A stretch of 64,000 nucleotides of DNA from Rhynchobatus australiae (taxonomy: Eukaryota), in assembly GCA_034780895.1 (NCBI GenBank), contig JAUZTB010000107.1:20859892-20923891 (forward strand), written 5' to 3'. Each line of letters begins with the position of its first letter. Positions within the stretch are counted from its first letter, which is position 1. Below are positions 40,341 through 53,000 of the stretch, one piece after another. The notes under the pieces were generated by a model that ran no database searches, had not been told where the DNA came from, and was given only the letters and a program-made list of their open reading frames with translations. The translations under genes and the position numbers were made by a program.

Positions 40341-41239
40341 GATCTGACTTTTTGGTCAGTGTTGTTTTGGTGTGGTGGTTGGAATGGAGACCTCACAGTG
40401 GAGATTTAAACAGAGCAACAAACAATCTGCTGGAGGAACTCAGTGGGTCGAGCAGCATCTGTGGGAGGAAAGGAATTGTTGACGATTCAGGTCAAAAATC
40501 TGCATTGATTATCAGTCACCAATTTTCTTTTTCTTTGCAACAAAGCTGCAACTCACCTGTAATTCCATTCCAGCAGGAAGCTTGATCTACGGAGCAGACA
40601 AAAAATGATTCAACCTTCTCCAGTCCAGAACCAAGGTCACCCCAGTATCATTTATAGTACTTGTATATATTTGGCTCCAAGTCACTGAATATAATTGCCT
40701 CTACCAACTGGCCCCCACTACATAGCAGAGCAATCCCTGCCAATTAAGATCACATTCATAGGATATGTACAACACTCAGGCCTTTGATGCTGTCTTAGGT
40801 CCAGGCAAGAGAAAGCCAGTTACTGCTCAATCAGTTAGCCCTTTTTTTTCCCCTTTCAAATTCTTGGAGCTCCATGCTACATTTGAAACTGTCTTCTCTG
40901 TATAAGCATTCACTGTATATAATAAAAAGTCATCATGTCACTCTAAGTACTTCTGCTAATCCACTTATGTTCCCTGGTCCTTCTGCCATTGGGAACAGTT
41001 TCACTCCATCTAGNNNNNNNNNNNNNNNTCATGGTTTTAAATACTTCTATCTGATCCCTTTGCATCCTCTTCTGTTCAGTGAACTCCTGATTCTCTAGTC
41101 TATTCACATAACTGAAGTCAGTCATCTGTGGAATTATTTTAATAACTCCCTTCTGCACACTCTCTCTTATGTCTTTTATATCATTGCTAAAGTGGGGCAC
41201 CTGATGCTGATCTATGATTTATCCTGGATATAACAAGAA

Positions 41240-41620
41240 TCACTTTCCCTATCTTGGGAGCCACCTCTCAAAGGTAGCCCAATGATAAGACTCACCACTG
41301 CCTCCAGCACTCGGCAACTTGTGTGTTCAGAGACCAAGGCCCCAACCTCAGCACTATGTTCATGGTTTACCAAGCAGTAGTAGTCCCCACCCTACAGTAT
41401 GCTGACAACGTATAGTAGGCATCACAAAACAATGACAGGCACACCAATGCAAAATCCTCAATTCAACAACAGGATAGTTAAACCAGTGTCAGTGTCCTTT
41501 CCAAGGGCCATAAGCCACTACACCAAGGCTCTGATTATGATTTACCAGCTCTAGTGGTTAGATACATTCGAGGAGGCAATGAACACTTGAAATCAATCCA
41601 ACATGAGTAAATGGACCATG
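41240..41620 (+). mobile_element. RTE-clade LINE remnant
   Basis: Degenerate FPYLGSHLS...MVYQAVVVPTLQY...KIL...QD reading. Confidence 0.6.
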
Positions 41621-41929
41621 CACAAACAGAAAAGGAGCATATGACATCTCAAACAACTCATACACAGTCAAGCATTATTTGTCTCACCTGTAATTTCATA
41701 CAGGTTTCCTCAAATACCTCAGAGTCCACGAATGAAAAATTGTTGTTTACTTTTTGTATCTGCATTTGAGTTTGAATAGTCTAACTCTCGTCAACAGTTT
41801 AGCTTCATGGACAACATTTACACATCTTCAGAGTTTGCGCACACAAGTTAATTTCTGATTCAACCAAAGTACAAATACAAATGCAAATGCAGATGTTGAG
41901 ATCGTACGGGAAAAATAAAAACTGGGAAC

Positions 41930-42790
41930 GGAGTCACACAGTACAGAAGTGGGGCCTTCAGCCTGCCACATCCTTGCTGACATTTTACACTAATCCACTT
42001 GCCTGCATTTGGACTGTATCCTTCTACACCTTGCTTAAATGACTCTTGAATATAGTAATTGTGTCAGATTCCACCACCTCCTCTGGCAGCAAGTTCCAAA
42101 CATCAGCTGCTTTGTTTTTTTTTTAAAAAGATAGGTACCCCTGAGATCCCCTTCAAAATTCTTTCCTCTCACCTTAAATCTATGCCCTATTGTTTCTGGA
42201 GAAACAGATTTTGACCATCTACACCTCTCAATCTTATATACTTACAGTCACAGAGTAATACAGCATAGGAACAGGCCCTTTGGCTCAACTTGTCCATGCT
42301 GCCCATCAGGCCAGTCCCTAACAGGTCATCCTTCAGTCTCCTTCACTCCAGGGAAAACAGACTCAGTCTATCCAATCCATCCCCATAGCTAAAGTCCTCC
42401 AATTCAGGTAACATCCTGGTGAATTTCCTCTGCACTCTCTCCAGTGCAATTACATCATTCTGATAGCACAGTGAGCAGAGCTGCACACAATACTCCAAGT
42501 GCGACCAAACCAGTGTTTTGTAAAGTTACAACATAACACTATTAATGTTAAGTTGCAACATAACGTCCAAATGCTTATAGACCATCGCTCAATCTATGAA
42601 GGCAAGCATGCCATATGCCTTCTTTGTTTTCCTATCTACTAGTGCTGCCACTTTCAGGGAAAGTGGACTTAAACCCCAAAATCTCTGTTCATCAACATTC
42701 CTTAGTTCTCCCTTTTACTGTACATGTCCTACCTCTATTTGACCTTCCAAAATGCATCACATTGCACTTGAGGATTAAATTCTATCAGCC
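41930..42790 (-). mobile_element. CR1 LINE 3' fragments (with a second short tail at about 42245-42320)
   Basis: CACTCTCTCCAGTGCAAT...GCACACAATACTCCAAGTGCGACC (LEYCVQ) and CCAAAATGCATCAC (VMHFG) on the reverse strand. Confidence 0.75.
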
Positions 42791-43774
42791 AGTGTTCCAC
42801 CCAACAGAGTCTAGACAGATTATTGAATTTATTTGCATTGAATGAGGAGGACTGCTACATTGTTAGATGTGCCATCTTCCACATCACACATTAAACAGAG
42901 ACCTTATCAGACCATTCGGGTGATGTTGAGAGATCCATTGTGAGTAAAAGCATCCACTTCAGATATCTTAGGAAATATTTTCCACTTAAATATTACTAAA
43001 GGCATATATGAATTCATTCTAATTGCAGGAGACACAAGAGAATAGTACGGTCCTGATGCAGGGTCTCAACCCAAATGTCAATCATCTTTTTGCCTCCACA
43101 GAGGCTGGTTGGCCCACAGTTCCTACAACAGCTTATTTTTTTGCTCCTCATTCTATTCGCTGTTGTGGAATCTTGTTCTGTACAAATTAGCCATTATGTT
43201 TACCACATAATAACGTTGATTAATTCAATGTCTGTAAAGTGGTCCAAGTGCTAGCTTATTTGAAACTATATGTATATATTTATTTAAAAAGGTGCAAATT
43301 AAAGTTGTCCATTTTCTTCTAAAATCCTAAATAAGTGGGTACTAAAGGCTGAAGCACAGTGCAATTTTTATGGTGTTCATCTCGTAACAACTGATTGAGA
43401 GTTTAAAATCACACAATGAAAAGGCTGTGAAAATGAATTCAGTATATCTAGTAATTTGTTAAGTGGAAATAGAGGGACAAANNNNNNNNNNNNTGGTCTG
43501 TTAACTTCAAACTGATTAAGTTAAACTTCAAGGAAGGAAACTCTTTTGTCCACTGTAAATGTGTCTCCATTCATATGCAGCAGAACAGATTTTTATGCCA
43601 CTTAGGGATATTGGGAATTAAAATGCCCTCATCATTTCATGACAAAATCTAAGAAAAAATGAAAATAATAGGGTTCTACTTCCATTGCCTACATAGTGAA
43701 CATTACATTGGATTTTTATAGTAATACACAAAAAAACTTACAATTGCATATGGAAAGTCAAGCACAAAATATGT

Positions 43775-43780
43775 TTTATT
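43775..43780 (-). terminator. Candidate polyadenylation signal AATAAA
   Basis: tttatt on the plus strand. The downstream minus-strand sequence is U/GU-rich (TTTTGTGCTTG...TTTTTTTGTGTATT). Confidence 0.55.
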
Positions 43781-44257
43781 TATATCCTTAAACAGTTACA
43801 ATCTGTGATTTGAGTGCCACTGACCATGTCAGTAAAACAAGGAAAAGCTATTTAACAAGCAAAGCAATCCAATTGTTCTTAGTGCAAGCATTAGATGTCT
43901 GATTTTGTTATATTTTCCATTTTTGCTCATGAAACATATAGACACAAATAAACAAGTAAATGCAAGATACAAATAACAGAGAACAGAAATCTCTTACTAC
44001 AGGAAATATTTTGCCAAGGCAGAAAACTCTGCACAATGTTCTATAAAATTCCAATTCTAACCGAATTGATGGAATATTAAAGGGTATAAACTAAAGAAAA
44101 ATAATTTAGATAGTAATAATCAGAAGTACAGTTACAATACAATTCTTCACAGCTTGGCAGCACAAGTCATCTCTGCCTTTCAGCATGGACCTATAAAATA
44201 TTGCAGGAAAGAAATCAGAGCAGTAGACCTTCAAAACTTAATTTGTAAAGTATTGCA

Positions 44258-44297
44258 TCTGCCTTGCTTACCCCCTCTTCTGCCTTGCTTACCCCCT
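44258..44297 (+). repeat. 21-bp tandem duplication inside the WNK2 3' UTR
   Basis: TCTGCCTTGCTTACCCCCT occurs at 44258 and 44279. Confidence 0.85.
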
Positions 44298-45381
44298 TGT
44301 GTTCCACTTGGTATTTTATCTTTTCAAGTTCTTCAAAAGGCGACAGTAGAACAGTACAATTTGTTCCCTTTGCCAAAAATACATTATGCTAAAAGAAAAA
44401 GCAACCTATATGCTGAGTAAGGTACAATTTAACTAAACAAACTGATAAAAGTCATTCTGTGCCATCTCTGAAGTACATTCCTTCCAGTCAAATCTGTTCA
44501 TGGTTAAATGTAGATAAATCAAAACTGTTCATATCTTTGAAAATCAAAAGAAAATATGGAAGACAAGACAGATTGTCGTATCATGTTAATACTGTTGATG
44601 AATCTGCAATTCAAACTAAGTTCAGTGCTTCTCTAAAACAATACCACAACATGGGTGAACATGTGTGCAGATACTGAAACACAACATTTAAAAGGTTTTT
44701 ACTTTTTTCCTAAATAAATTTAGAATCAAAATTATTTCATTATCCTACAGTAGCAGTAGATTGAACAGCAGCTAAATCATTTTTTATGCATGTGATATTA
44801 AGCCCCTGGAAAAGGGAGACAATTCTAGCAGCATTTAGTTACTTCCATGTGGCAAAGACAGTAAAGCAACAAATAAATACTCATTGCTCGTGTGCAGATA
44901 ACTAAATTACCCAATAGACATCTTGTAAACCATCTAGCCTTTCGTAACTAAACTAAAACATGTCCAGCAGACCACAGTAGAAACTTAAAAAACCCTTCTA
45001 AACGTTTCTTTCCAGTGAAAACTGAAAAGCATAATTCAAGGCACTGTACTCCTGCAGGGTTATTAAATATATCTCAATATCCATTCAAGTAATGTAACTT
45101 AGTTTAGTGTTTAAATATACAAAGCAAAATATAAAGTGTCTGAATTGCAAGACAAATGCAACTATCACCCAACTATCAAGCTTTCAGCAACTTGTGAAAA
45201 TATTTCACAGTGATTGCTCAATGCAGTGTATGGCTATGTGCACTAGCAAGCCCACTCTGGCTGCCAATAATATTCAGCTACGATCTTATATTTAATTTTG
45301 TCTGTATAAAGAAAGCAGTTAAATAAAACTTCTCAAAAATTGTTTTCCCCATGCCCTTATCTCAGATTCTTCACAACAAAG

Positions 45382-45735
45382 CTAAGTAGTCCTCATGTTG
45401 GACCCAGATGGGTTTATAATAGGTTTCTGGAGTGGTACTGGAAACATCTGTAGGCTCCCTTTGCTGAGAGATGGAAATGAAGATATTCCTTGAGTATTTA
45501 GCACCCCAGGCTGCGATGCTGAACTTGAGAGACCTTGCCATTGTACACCGTACAGCGGTGTTGGGATCACTCCACCATACTGACACAGAGGCAGCATGTA
45601 AGCAGGTACTGTACCAGGAATAGGAGTGGCTGACATTCCTGGTGATATTGTTGATTTCCCTGGTGCTAAAGCAGCTGATGCTGGACATATCATTGGAGCA
45701 GAAAATTTTCTCATCTTCCCTGGTGCAGCTATTCC
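45382..45735 (-). CDS. WNK2: WNK2 terminal coding exon (GIAAPGKMRKFSAP...PLQKPIINPSGSNMRTT*)
   Basis: Acceptor TTTGTTTTCATTTTAG|GGA, phase 0, open to TAG at 45382-45384. The motifs RKFSAP, QYG, QW and NPSGSNMRTT resemble WNK-family C-termini. Confidence 0.88.
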   Translation of the reverse strand, partial: GIAAPGKMRKFSAPMICPASAALAPGKSTISPGMSATPIPGTVPAYMLPLCQYGGVIPTPLYGVQWQGLSSSASQPGVLNTQGISSFPSLSKGSLQMFPVPLQKPIINPSGSNMRTT

Positions 45736-46052
45736 CTAAAATGAAAACAAAGTTTTATAAATGTGATTGATAAACTGCCATTATGACACAATTCCAGTAC
45801 ATTTAGAACAAAAACATGCATGCGTAAAACACATTTCAGATACACATAATTTGACAAACACAAGGGCAAATAAAATTAGCAGACTTGTTTATATCCCAGA
45901 GATTAACTGTAATACAGCTTCAAGTCTACTGCTAAAAAGTACTGTTCTGAGATGCAGGGTTTTCAGTTATCATGAAAAGTGCGTCAATTTTAACTGTTTT
46001 CTAATCATTTAGGAAAACAGTTAAAATCCTAACCAGAAAGATCAGGTATTAC

Positions 46053-46112
46053 TTGACCTGGAGGTTGTCTAAACGTAGTCTGAGCAACTGAGTTATATGT
46101 GGTGTAGTGAAT
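46053..46112 (-). CDS. Candidate 60-nt frame-preserving cassette exon of WNK2 (IHYTTYNSVAQTTFRQPPGQ)
   Basis: Polypyrimidine acceptor TTCCTTATTTGCGTTTGCTTTTAG| and donor CAA|GTAATA. Phase 0/0 matches the flanking exons and there is no stop codon. No homology recognised. Confidence 0.5.
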
Positions 46113-46316
46113 CTAAAAGCAAACGCAAATAAGGAAGTAAAGTTTAGTCAATGAAAATGTTCAATATTTTTCCCCCAGAATGAATTTATATACAACATTC
46201 ATAATAAGTTTATTACTTTCACATTAAATCCTGTCTAGTTTTGTGTCTTGTGCCTAAAATTTGAGTCAAATATTCACTATCAGATCACAGCATGAAGATG
46301 CAAAGCTCTCACTCAC

Positions 46317-46591
46317 ATCAAGTTGGGAGAGTTTCTGCCTGACTTCCATATCAAATCTATGTTGGTTTTGCTTTAATTGATTTAAAGAAGGCTTGAATTG
46401 TGCAGCTCCCACTGTTTCTTTGGTCCAGTCATCTACAAGCTTGTGCAGGTCATCTGTAAAAGTTCCCTTCTTGTTGTTACTGTTGTTTGTTTGAGTGTGT
46501 TGTTGAGGTGGCTGCTGTTGTTGGGGCTGGGGCTGGGGCTGGTGCAGGACCTGCTGCACTGAATGATTTGTACTACTGCTACTTGAAGACC
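46317..46591 (-). CDS. WNK2: WNK2 exon with the conserved C-terminal [14 protein letters not shown] motif (275 nt, phase 1/0)
   Basis: Acceptor TTTCTTTCCTACCTCAG|GG and donor GAT|GTGAGT. Encodes [105 protein letters not shown] and adjacency to FAM120A favour WNK2 over WNK3. Confidence 0.93.
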
Positions 46592-47150
46592 CTGAGGTAG
46601 GAAAGAAAAAAAAATAAAATGTATTGATTGCAGAATGTCATAATTTTAAATTGTTTATCTTTNNNNNNNNNNNNNNNNNNNNNNNNNNNNNNNNNNNNNN
46701 NNNNNNNNNNNNNNNNNNNNNNNNNNNNNNNNNNNNNNNNNNNNNNNNNNNNNNNNNNNNNNAATATATTATCCTCAATCCCATAAGCTTCCCATTTTAT
46801 TAATAATTTAAAAAAATCACATGTATTGATTGCAGCATGTCATAATTTTAAATTGTTTATCTTTTGTAAACGCAACTGCAAATAAATATTTAGTCATTAA
46901 AAACAAAGGAATCAATATGTTAGAGCACAATGCTGGTACAAATTAAATTCTCATATCCATAATACATACAAATCAGCAGAAGCACATGCATTTGTATTGA
47001 AGCAAAGCGAACAGTTCACCAGTGATGTGTCAATCTAACCTAAAAATGTAAAACCAGCTCCACAGTAAATACAGAAATAACTAATTTCTTCAAATATAAT
47101 AAAGCTCATGCTACATATAGAGAAGAACAGAACAAAAACTGGATAGTTAC

Positions 47151-47192
47151 TACTGCGATCTTTGCCTAGGCATAGCCGTTTCAGGGTAGACC
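47151..47192 (-). CDS. WNK2: WNK2 microexon (42 nt, phase 1/1)
   Basis: Acceptor TTTTACTTTGTAG|GG and donor A|GTAACT. Encodes (W)STLKRLCLGKDRS(R), similar to recalled human WNK2 WSALKRLCLGKEHSSR. Too short to appear in the ORF track. Confidence 0.85.
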
Positions 47193-49569
47193 CTACAAAG
47201 TAAAATGATACAAGAAAAACAGTTAGGCCTTAAACTATTCAAAACATCCACAATGGAAAAGGTCAGATGATGCAATACAAAGTTATTAACTTGACTGATT
47301 AAAAAAAAATCAGTGGTCGAAATGTTAAGAAATTAACAGGCTAATCTTGCTATTCAATTTGACAAAATAAATCTAAAATTCACTGTGCAGCCACACCAGC
47401 AAAGTTCGCATCTGTGACCTCTGAAAGAAGGCACATGATTGTTTTTCTTTCCATGTTAAAATTTGCATGTTGTTGCACATTTAAATGTTTCTTCATTAAT
47501 TTTTTTGTCCTTCATTAATAAAAATGGCATTTTACTAGTTTTACTGAAAATAAAAAGGCATTACATGTTTTCAAATGGAAATGAAAATGCAATTTTACTA
47601 AAACTGAAATTGTACACAAATACAACCTCAAAAATATATCAGCCGGACAAATAATTTATTATATCAAAATAAGACATTAAAGTTATTTTCCCAACAGACT
47701 GGAAAATAATTCCAAATTAGTTCAATGGGGAACAGATAAAATGCCACAAATTATAATGGCTAATTTAGATTGCCAGAATAAAGAATAAGCTAATTGGTCT
47801 GACTGCACATAAATTGTAACATTCATTCTTATAAAGATATATTGTTCTGCAGGTCTGTGGCCATTAGATATCAATGGTTAGAAGTCATAACACAATGCTT
47901 GCAAACCTTAAAGTCCAAGTTAAATTTGCATTAATGATACAAATGCAAAAGGTCTATTATGGGGAAGTGTTACTTTCTATAATAGATTTCCTTTTCTACA
48001 CACTGAAAATATTTTTTCTCTCAAATGGGTTCCATACAGCAAGTTGTGCTGGCAAAGAAATACTACTGATTTTAAACTAATAACTAACAACTTTTGCACA
48101 ATAACTTAATGCACAAATAAATAACAATATGATGCNNNNNNNNAAGCACATTAGCTGAAAAGCCAAGTTACGGAGGCTGAGGTGGAGAAACAATTTTCCA
48201 CATCTCAGTCCCAGTTCTAGCCCAGAATATTTCTTTACTACCTAGATTAAAAAGTAGAACCATAAGGAATGCACATTCACCCTCCCCTTATAATAGTCTG
48301 GATTTTGCAATTATAACAATGCTAAAATTGTTTTCATTTTCTAATGATATAAAATACAGATAAGACTAAATTCTTGGCTCTGTGGTTGTGATGCTTTCTC
48401 CAGCTGATTCAAGGGAATTGTTGAGAACTTAAAGTAATGCAAGGATTATTTGCAGTACAATACAACAATTTTGTTATATTTTGTTACTTAGCTTTGAAAA
48501 AAGGTATTAAAAAAGGGATGAAGTGAACATAGATGGTGGCTGCTGGGGGTATTATTTCAGAATTGCACATTTAAGTTTGTGAATATCCTTACAAACTTTG
48601 CCCAAAAGATATTAATTGTGTATTGATTCCAATTCCTTACGTTTCAACATATTTTTTTCTTCTTCAATGCAATTGGCTGATCAGGCAGCTTGATGGCAAC
48701 ATTTCTATGTTACCAGAAACTTGACCGAATAAATGCCACAGCAAGTAGTGTCTGTGGTAGAAAGAGAATGCTGCATCTTTGCATCACAAAATCCTAACCA
48801 TTAGTTTAACTTTAGGCCCCATGCTCAACTTAGTGGCAAATACACTGCCATGGCTTTCAGGAGTCGTAACACATTGTTAAACTTTAGATAATTTTATATC
48901 TGGCTCTGCAGTCATGCTCAATGCTAACAGCATGTACCGAGATACAGGAGTGTCAAATCCACCAATGAACACAAGAACAATATGGTTATATTAAAACTGC
49001 ATATCCCTTATATAATTTTCTTTCATTTATTACTTATTTGTCACTTTGTGGCTTGCTTCACAATGCAAAATCTGGTACCTGATGCCCATAAAGCAGCAAA
49101 ACACCTGCAAGTCATATGGTCATACGAGTAAAAGCCTACAGTGTAAAATCCATGACAGTCATTCAACCAGCTTTTGATAAAACCATAATATTTCTAAACA
49201 CAGTTCAGATATATGACACAATACAGAGCAGTCCACAGAATTTACAGCAGAGACAGGTCATTTGACCCTGCAGTTTTGCAAGTCCATTCCGGTCTTCAAC
49301 TAATCTTATTAATTTATTACTTTCTTGCTCAGGTGTTTAATTTTCTCTTGTATGCATTTTAACTATGATTACTCCTTCTGGTAGCCTTTTCCACACTCTA
49401 ACCACTCTCAGGGTAAAGAATTCCCTATTTGATTAATAATGGCAATCTTACGTGAATGGTCCCAAGTTTTCCCTCAAATGAAAATGTCTCCATTTTATCC
49501 ACTCCTTTGGAATGTCTGATGACTTATTTCCACTCCTGTTTTGAGAGTTCAGGAGTTACAAATGTGATA

Positions 49570-50090
49570 AATGTGGGAACCGCACTCTTCCACAATTGTG
49601 ACAGGCAGTGGCCAGCAGGGGAAGCAGATGGTGGTTGTGAGATGGTCCACTCCTAGCCCCACTTGCACAGTTTATGTGCTCCCTATGCATAGTCTTGACA
49701 TTGTCAATGCCATCCCAAATGCTCCTCCTCCATTTTGAGCAGTTAGAAGCCAGAGATTCTAGGACTCAGGGAAATTTCATTTCTTCATGGAGGCTTTGAA
49801 CACATCTTGAATCTTTTCCCATTTCCCTTCNNNNNNNNNNNNNNNNNNNNNNNNNNNNNNNNNNNNNNNNNNNNNNNNNNNNNNNNNNNNNNNNNNNNNN
49901 NNNNNNNNNNNNNNNNNNNNNNNNNNNNNNATCTTGAATCTTTTCCCATGTCCCTTCTCCACCTGGTGATCCCTGCTCATGACAGAACTCAGAATAGAGT
50001 ATTGTTTCAGAAGTCTGATGTTGGGCATGCAAACTGTGCTACCTAGCCAACTATGTATAATATGACCTCAATATTGGGGATGTGATGGAA
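49570..50090 (-). mobile_element. RTE-clade LINE 3' remnant
   Basis: WLG...MPNIRLLKQ/ILYSEF...GKRFK/DVFKASMKK, typical of the RTE ORF C-terminus. Confidence 0.7.
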
Positions 50091-53000
50091 CATTGCCACA
50101 TTTACCCCATCAAGGTCATTCTTCAGCACTTTAAATAAAAAAATTTTTCTTCTTAAAAGATCACAGTTATATTTTCAGTCCTCCTTTAGCATTTCTGTTG
50201 GATTTCCAAGTGAAGTTGAGATGAACACAGATGGTGGCTGCTAGGGGCATTATTTCAGAATTGCATGCTTCAGTTTGTGAATATTCCTCTGATTAAACAT
50301 TCATTTTATACTCTGTGTTGATTTTTTTTTAAAATGCTTAACTGTTTTCCAGATAAATTAAATTGAAATCTGGTGAAAGTGTTGGCTCCATTTTGTAAGA
50401 GATTGTAAATGCTCATCTGAAATCCAAGATGTTACAAGGCAACCTGCATTATTAATGAAGGTGGCAATGGTAGCAGCTAATAAATTTTTGTAATTCTTTG
50501 CGTTGGTGGTCAAACTACTGAATTAAACCACAAATGCAAAGTAATTCAGAGATTTTTCATAAAGAGTCTAGAGAAGTTCAAAATTAACTATTTAAAATCA
50601 AGCCCTTATTTCCTAGCATATCAGTTAATGAAAAATAGACTAAAATTAAAACTGCTTCATGCTTCTAAATATCTTGCATGGAATTGTAAATAGGCCATGT
50701 GAGAAATTAAACTGAATATGTTTGGCTGTCTCTTAAAAGCTGCAATTCAAATTTTGATAGTGAATGGGAAACTAATTTATCTAAAGAATATTTCAAGCTT
50801 TAGGGAGTGAGAAGTTTCCTATTGTATTGTCAATCACATATGGTATTTACTGTTAAACCTTGCAGACTCATTTTGAGCACTGCTAGATTATAGGATGTAA
50901 CTGCATACCCATGCACGTCTGAAATCTCTTTCAATGATTATATTGATCAATTGTCATAACTTGCTGAAGAGGCAAAATCCATTTCAGAGAAAGCTGTTAA
51001 CCTGCAAGAACAGTATGTGCCATTGATTACCTCAATGCAAACATGGGATTAGATAAGCAAATATTCTTTGCATTAATCAAGATTTTCAAACTGAACCCTA
51101 AAATGGATTCAAATGATTTTTGTTTTAAGAACTTGAGGCGATTTATTATCAGTATCGGTAAGATTCATTGTTAATTGTTTGCTTTATTTCGTTTACCTGC
51201 AAGGAAACTAGCTACTAGTTTAAGGCTAAGTTTTGCAGCCTGATGTCACAGTGAACAACCTTGTAAGATCCATATTCCCTTTCACAGAATCATTAAAGTG
51301 CAAGTTTCAGATCATAGGAAGTGTAGGTCCCCCTATGAAAAACCACATCAATGGATGTAGCTTGGGAGCTAACCTTAATTATAACCAGTGATGAATGTGC
51401 AGGGGAGAGAAGGTAGGAACTCCAGCTGGGAGAGAGGTAATAGGGAAAAAGGAGTAGGAGCCTATAAAGATGCAAATGATTTGGTACGGATAGCATGTTG
51501 TTGATATTTCTAACAGAACTTCTCAGGATTTGATTAGAAGTAAATTTGACAAGGTTTTGCAGCAAAGTGGTCATGTCATCAATGCAAAAGTTCTTCAAAT
51601 TGAACAAGGACAACTTCCATACCATTGGGTTCTTATATCAGATTCAATACAAACAAAAATCCAATTCCTTAAACACATTCAATTTAAGTTACCTAGTGGG
51701 TAATTTGCAATTATTAAAAATTGTAGATAAATTCTGCCAAAAATGGTTAACCTTTTGCTTCTACTTCCAGAAATTGTGCNNNNNNNNNNNNNNNNNNNNN
51801 NNNNNNNNNNNNNNNNNNNNNNNNNNNNNNNNNNNNNNNNNNNNNNNNNNNNNNNNNNNNNNNNNNNNNNNNNNNNNNNCTTCTACTTCCAGAAATTGTG
51901 CAGTCTCTTCTTGAGGCCACAAAATACAACTTAATATTTGAAATTTAGCAGAAGGAAAATGTAGCTTGTTAAAGTTGGATTTTGATTTCCATCACTTGAT
52001 CTTCAGTTATACATGCAGTCCTTCTATTGGAAGGCAATTTGTGTGCAGCATAAACATTATAGATACAATGGGGCACGTGACCTGCTCATGTGCTGAAAAT
52101 TCTAAGCTCTTAAGCTCTGGGAACTAGTCCTGATTTGGCCAATGTACCTGAGGAACTGTTTCTCAATCTTTCCTTAGCTTTGCAAAGTATTACTGTATTA
52201 TCAGAAAGGATGATCTGAAAACTGAAGTGTTTCTGACAATTACAAGTTCATCCAACTGCACAACTGATATTTGAACCTTAATTATTAATATTCATAACTT
52301 TGCAGGAAAATGGTAATTGTCAAATCAGATTTAGATTCACTATCCAATATATTCTCTCTGCAAATTTTGTAGTTTGATTTGTCATATTCATTCCCAAACA
52401 TGTTGAATGCTACAGAATTCATCTGAAAGTTTCATCTGTAAAATGTTCAAATTAGCATACCAAGCCATGCTAATAGTGCACATTTTTTTGCTAGCTACAT
52501 TAACAAATGTTTCATTCCAGAGTAACTTGAAATACTGGACAGCAAGCTATGACATAATTTCTTAGGTAAGCAGACAACAACCCTTACCAATTACTTATCC
52601 ATGGTCTTCAAATTTTGTTTCAACATAATGTTAAAGAGAAGATGCTTTCTGAATTTTTGTTTCTGTATTCATGAGTATGGGCATTTATTCCCTTGCATTC
52701 TCAACCTCTATTGTACAATTGATATGCTAGCAAGGAAAATAGCTAATTAAAATTCTAATGAACCCCAAATTAACCCATTCTTTTGGTAGCATTCTTGCAT
52801 GTTAGTACTAAGATTTCTATTGTATCAAGGATACTGATTTTCAGATGGCATGTTAACTGAGTCCAATCCTCTGACTTGCTGGATACAAAACATCCCATGG
52901 CACCATGAGAAGTTTGTCTTCTCAATGGCTTATGTTTCCCTGTGCTGATACTGCTTCCTCAACCACTACCAAAACTGATTCTCAGTTCACTCAGCTACCG

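Larger units (their letters stand above)
43755..45381 (-). other. WNK2: Probable WNK2 3' UTR (about 1.6 kb)
   Basis: AU-rich stretch with no recognised transposon, running from the stop codon to a canonical polyA signal. The end is inferred. Confidence 0.6.

Noticed and set aside
45371-45688. 105-aa alternative-frame ORF overlapping the WNK2 last exon
   Set aside because: No homology. The other frame carries the WNK motifs and matches splice phase.
51185-51215. AG|GT recursive-splice-like site (TTTCCTTGCAG|GTAAAC, minus strand)
   Set aside because: The pyrimidine tract is short and the intron is of modest length, so a match is expected by chance.
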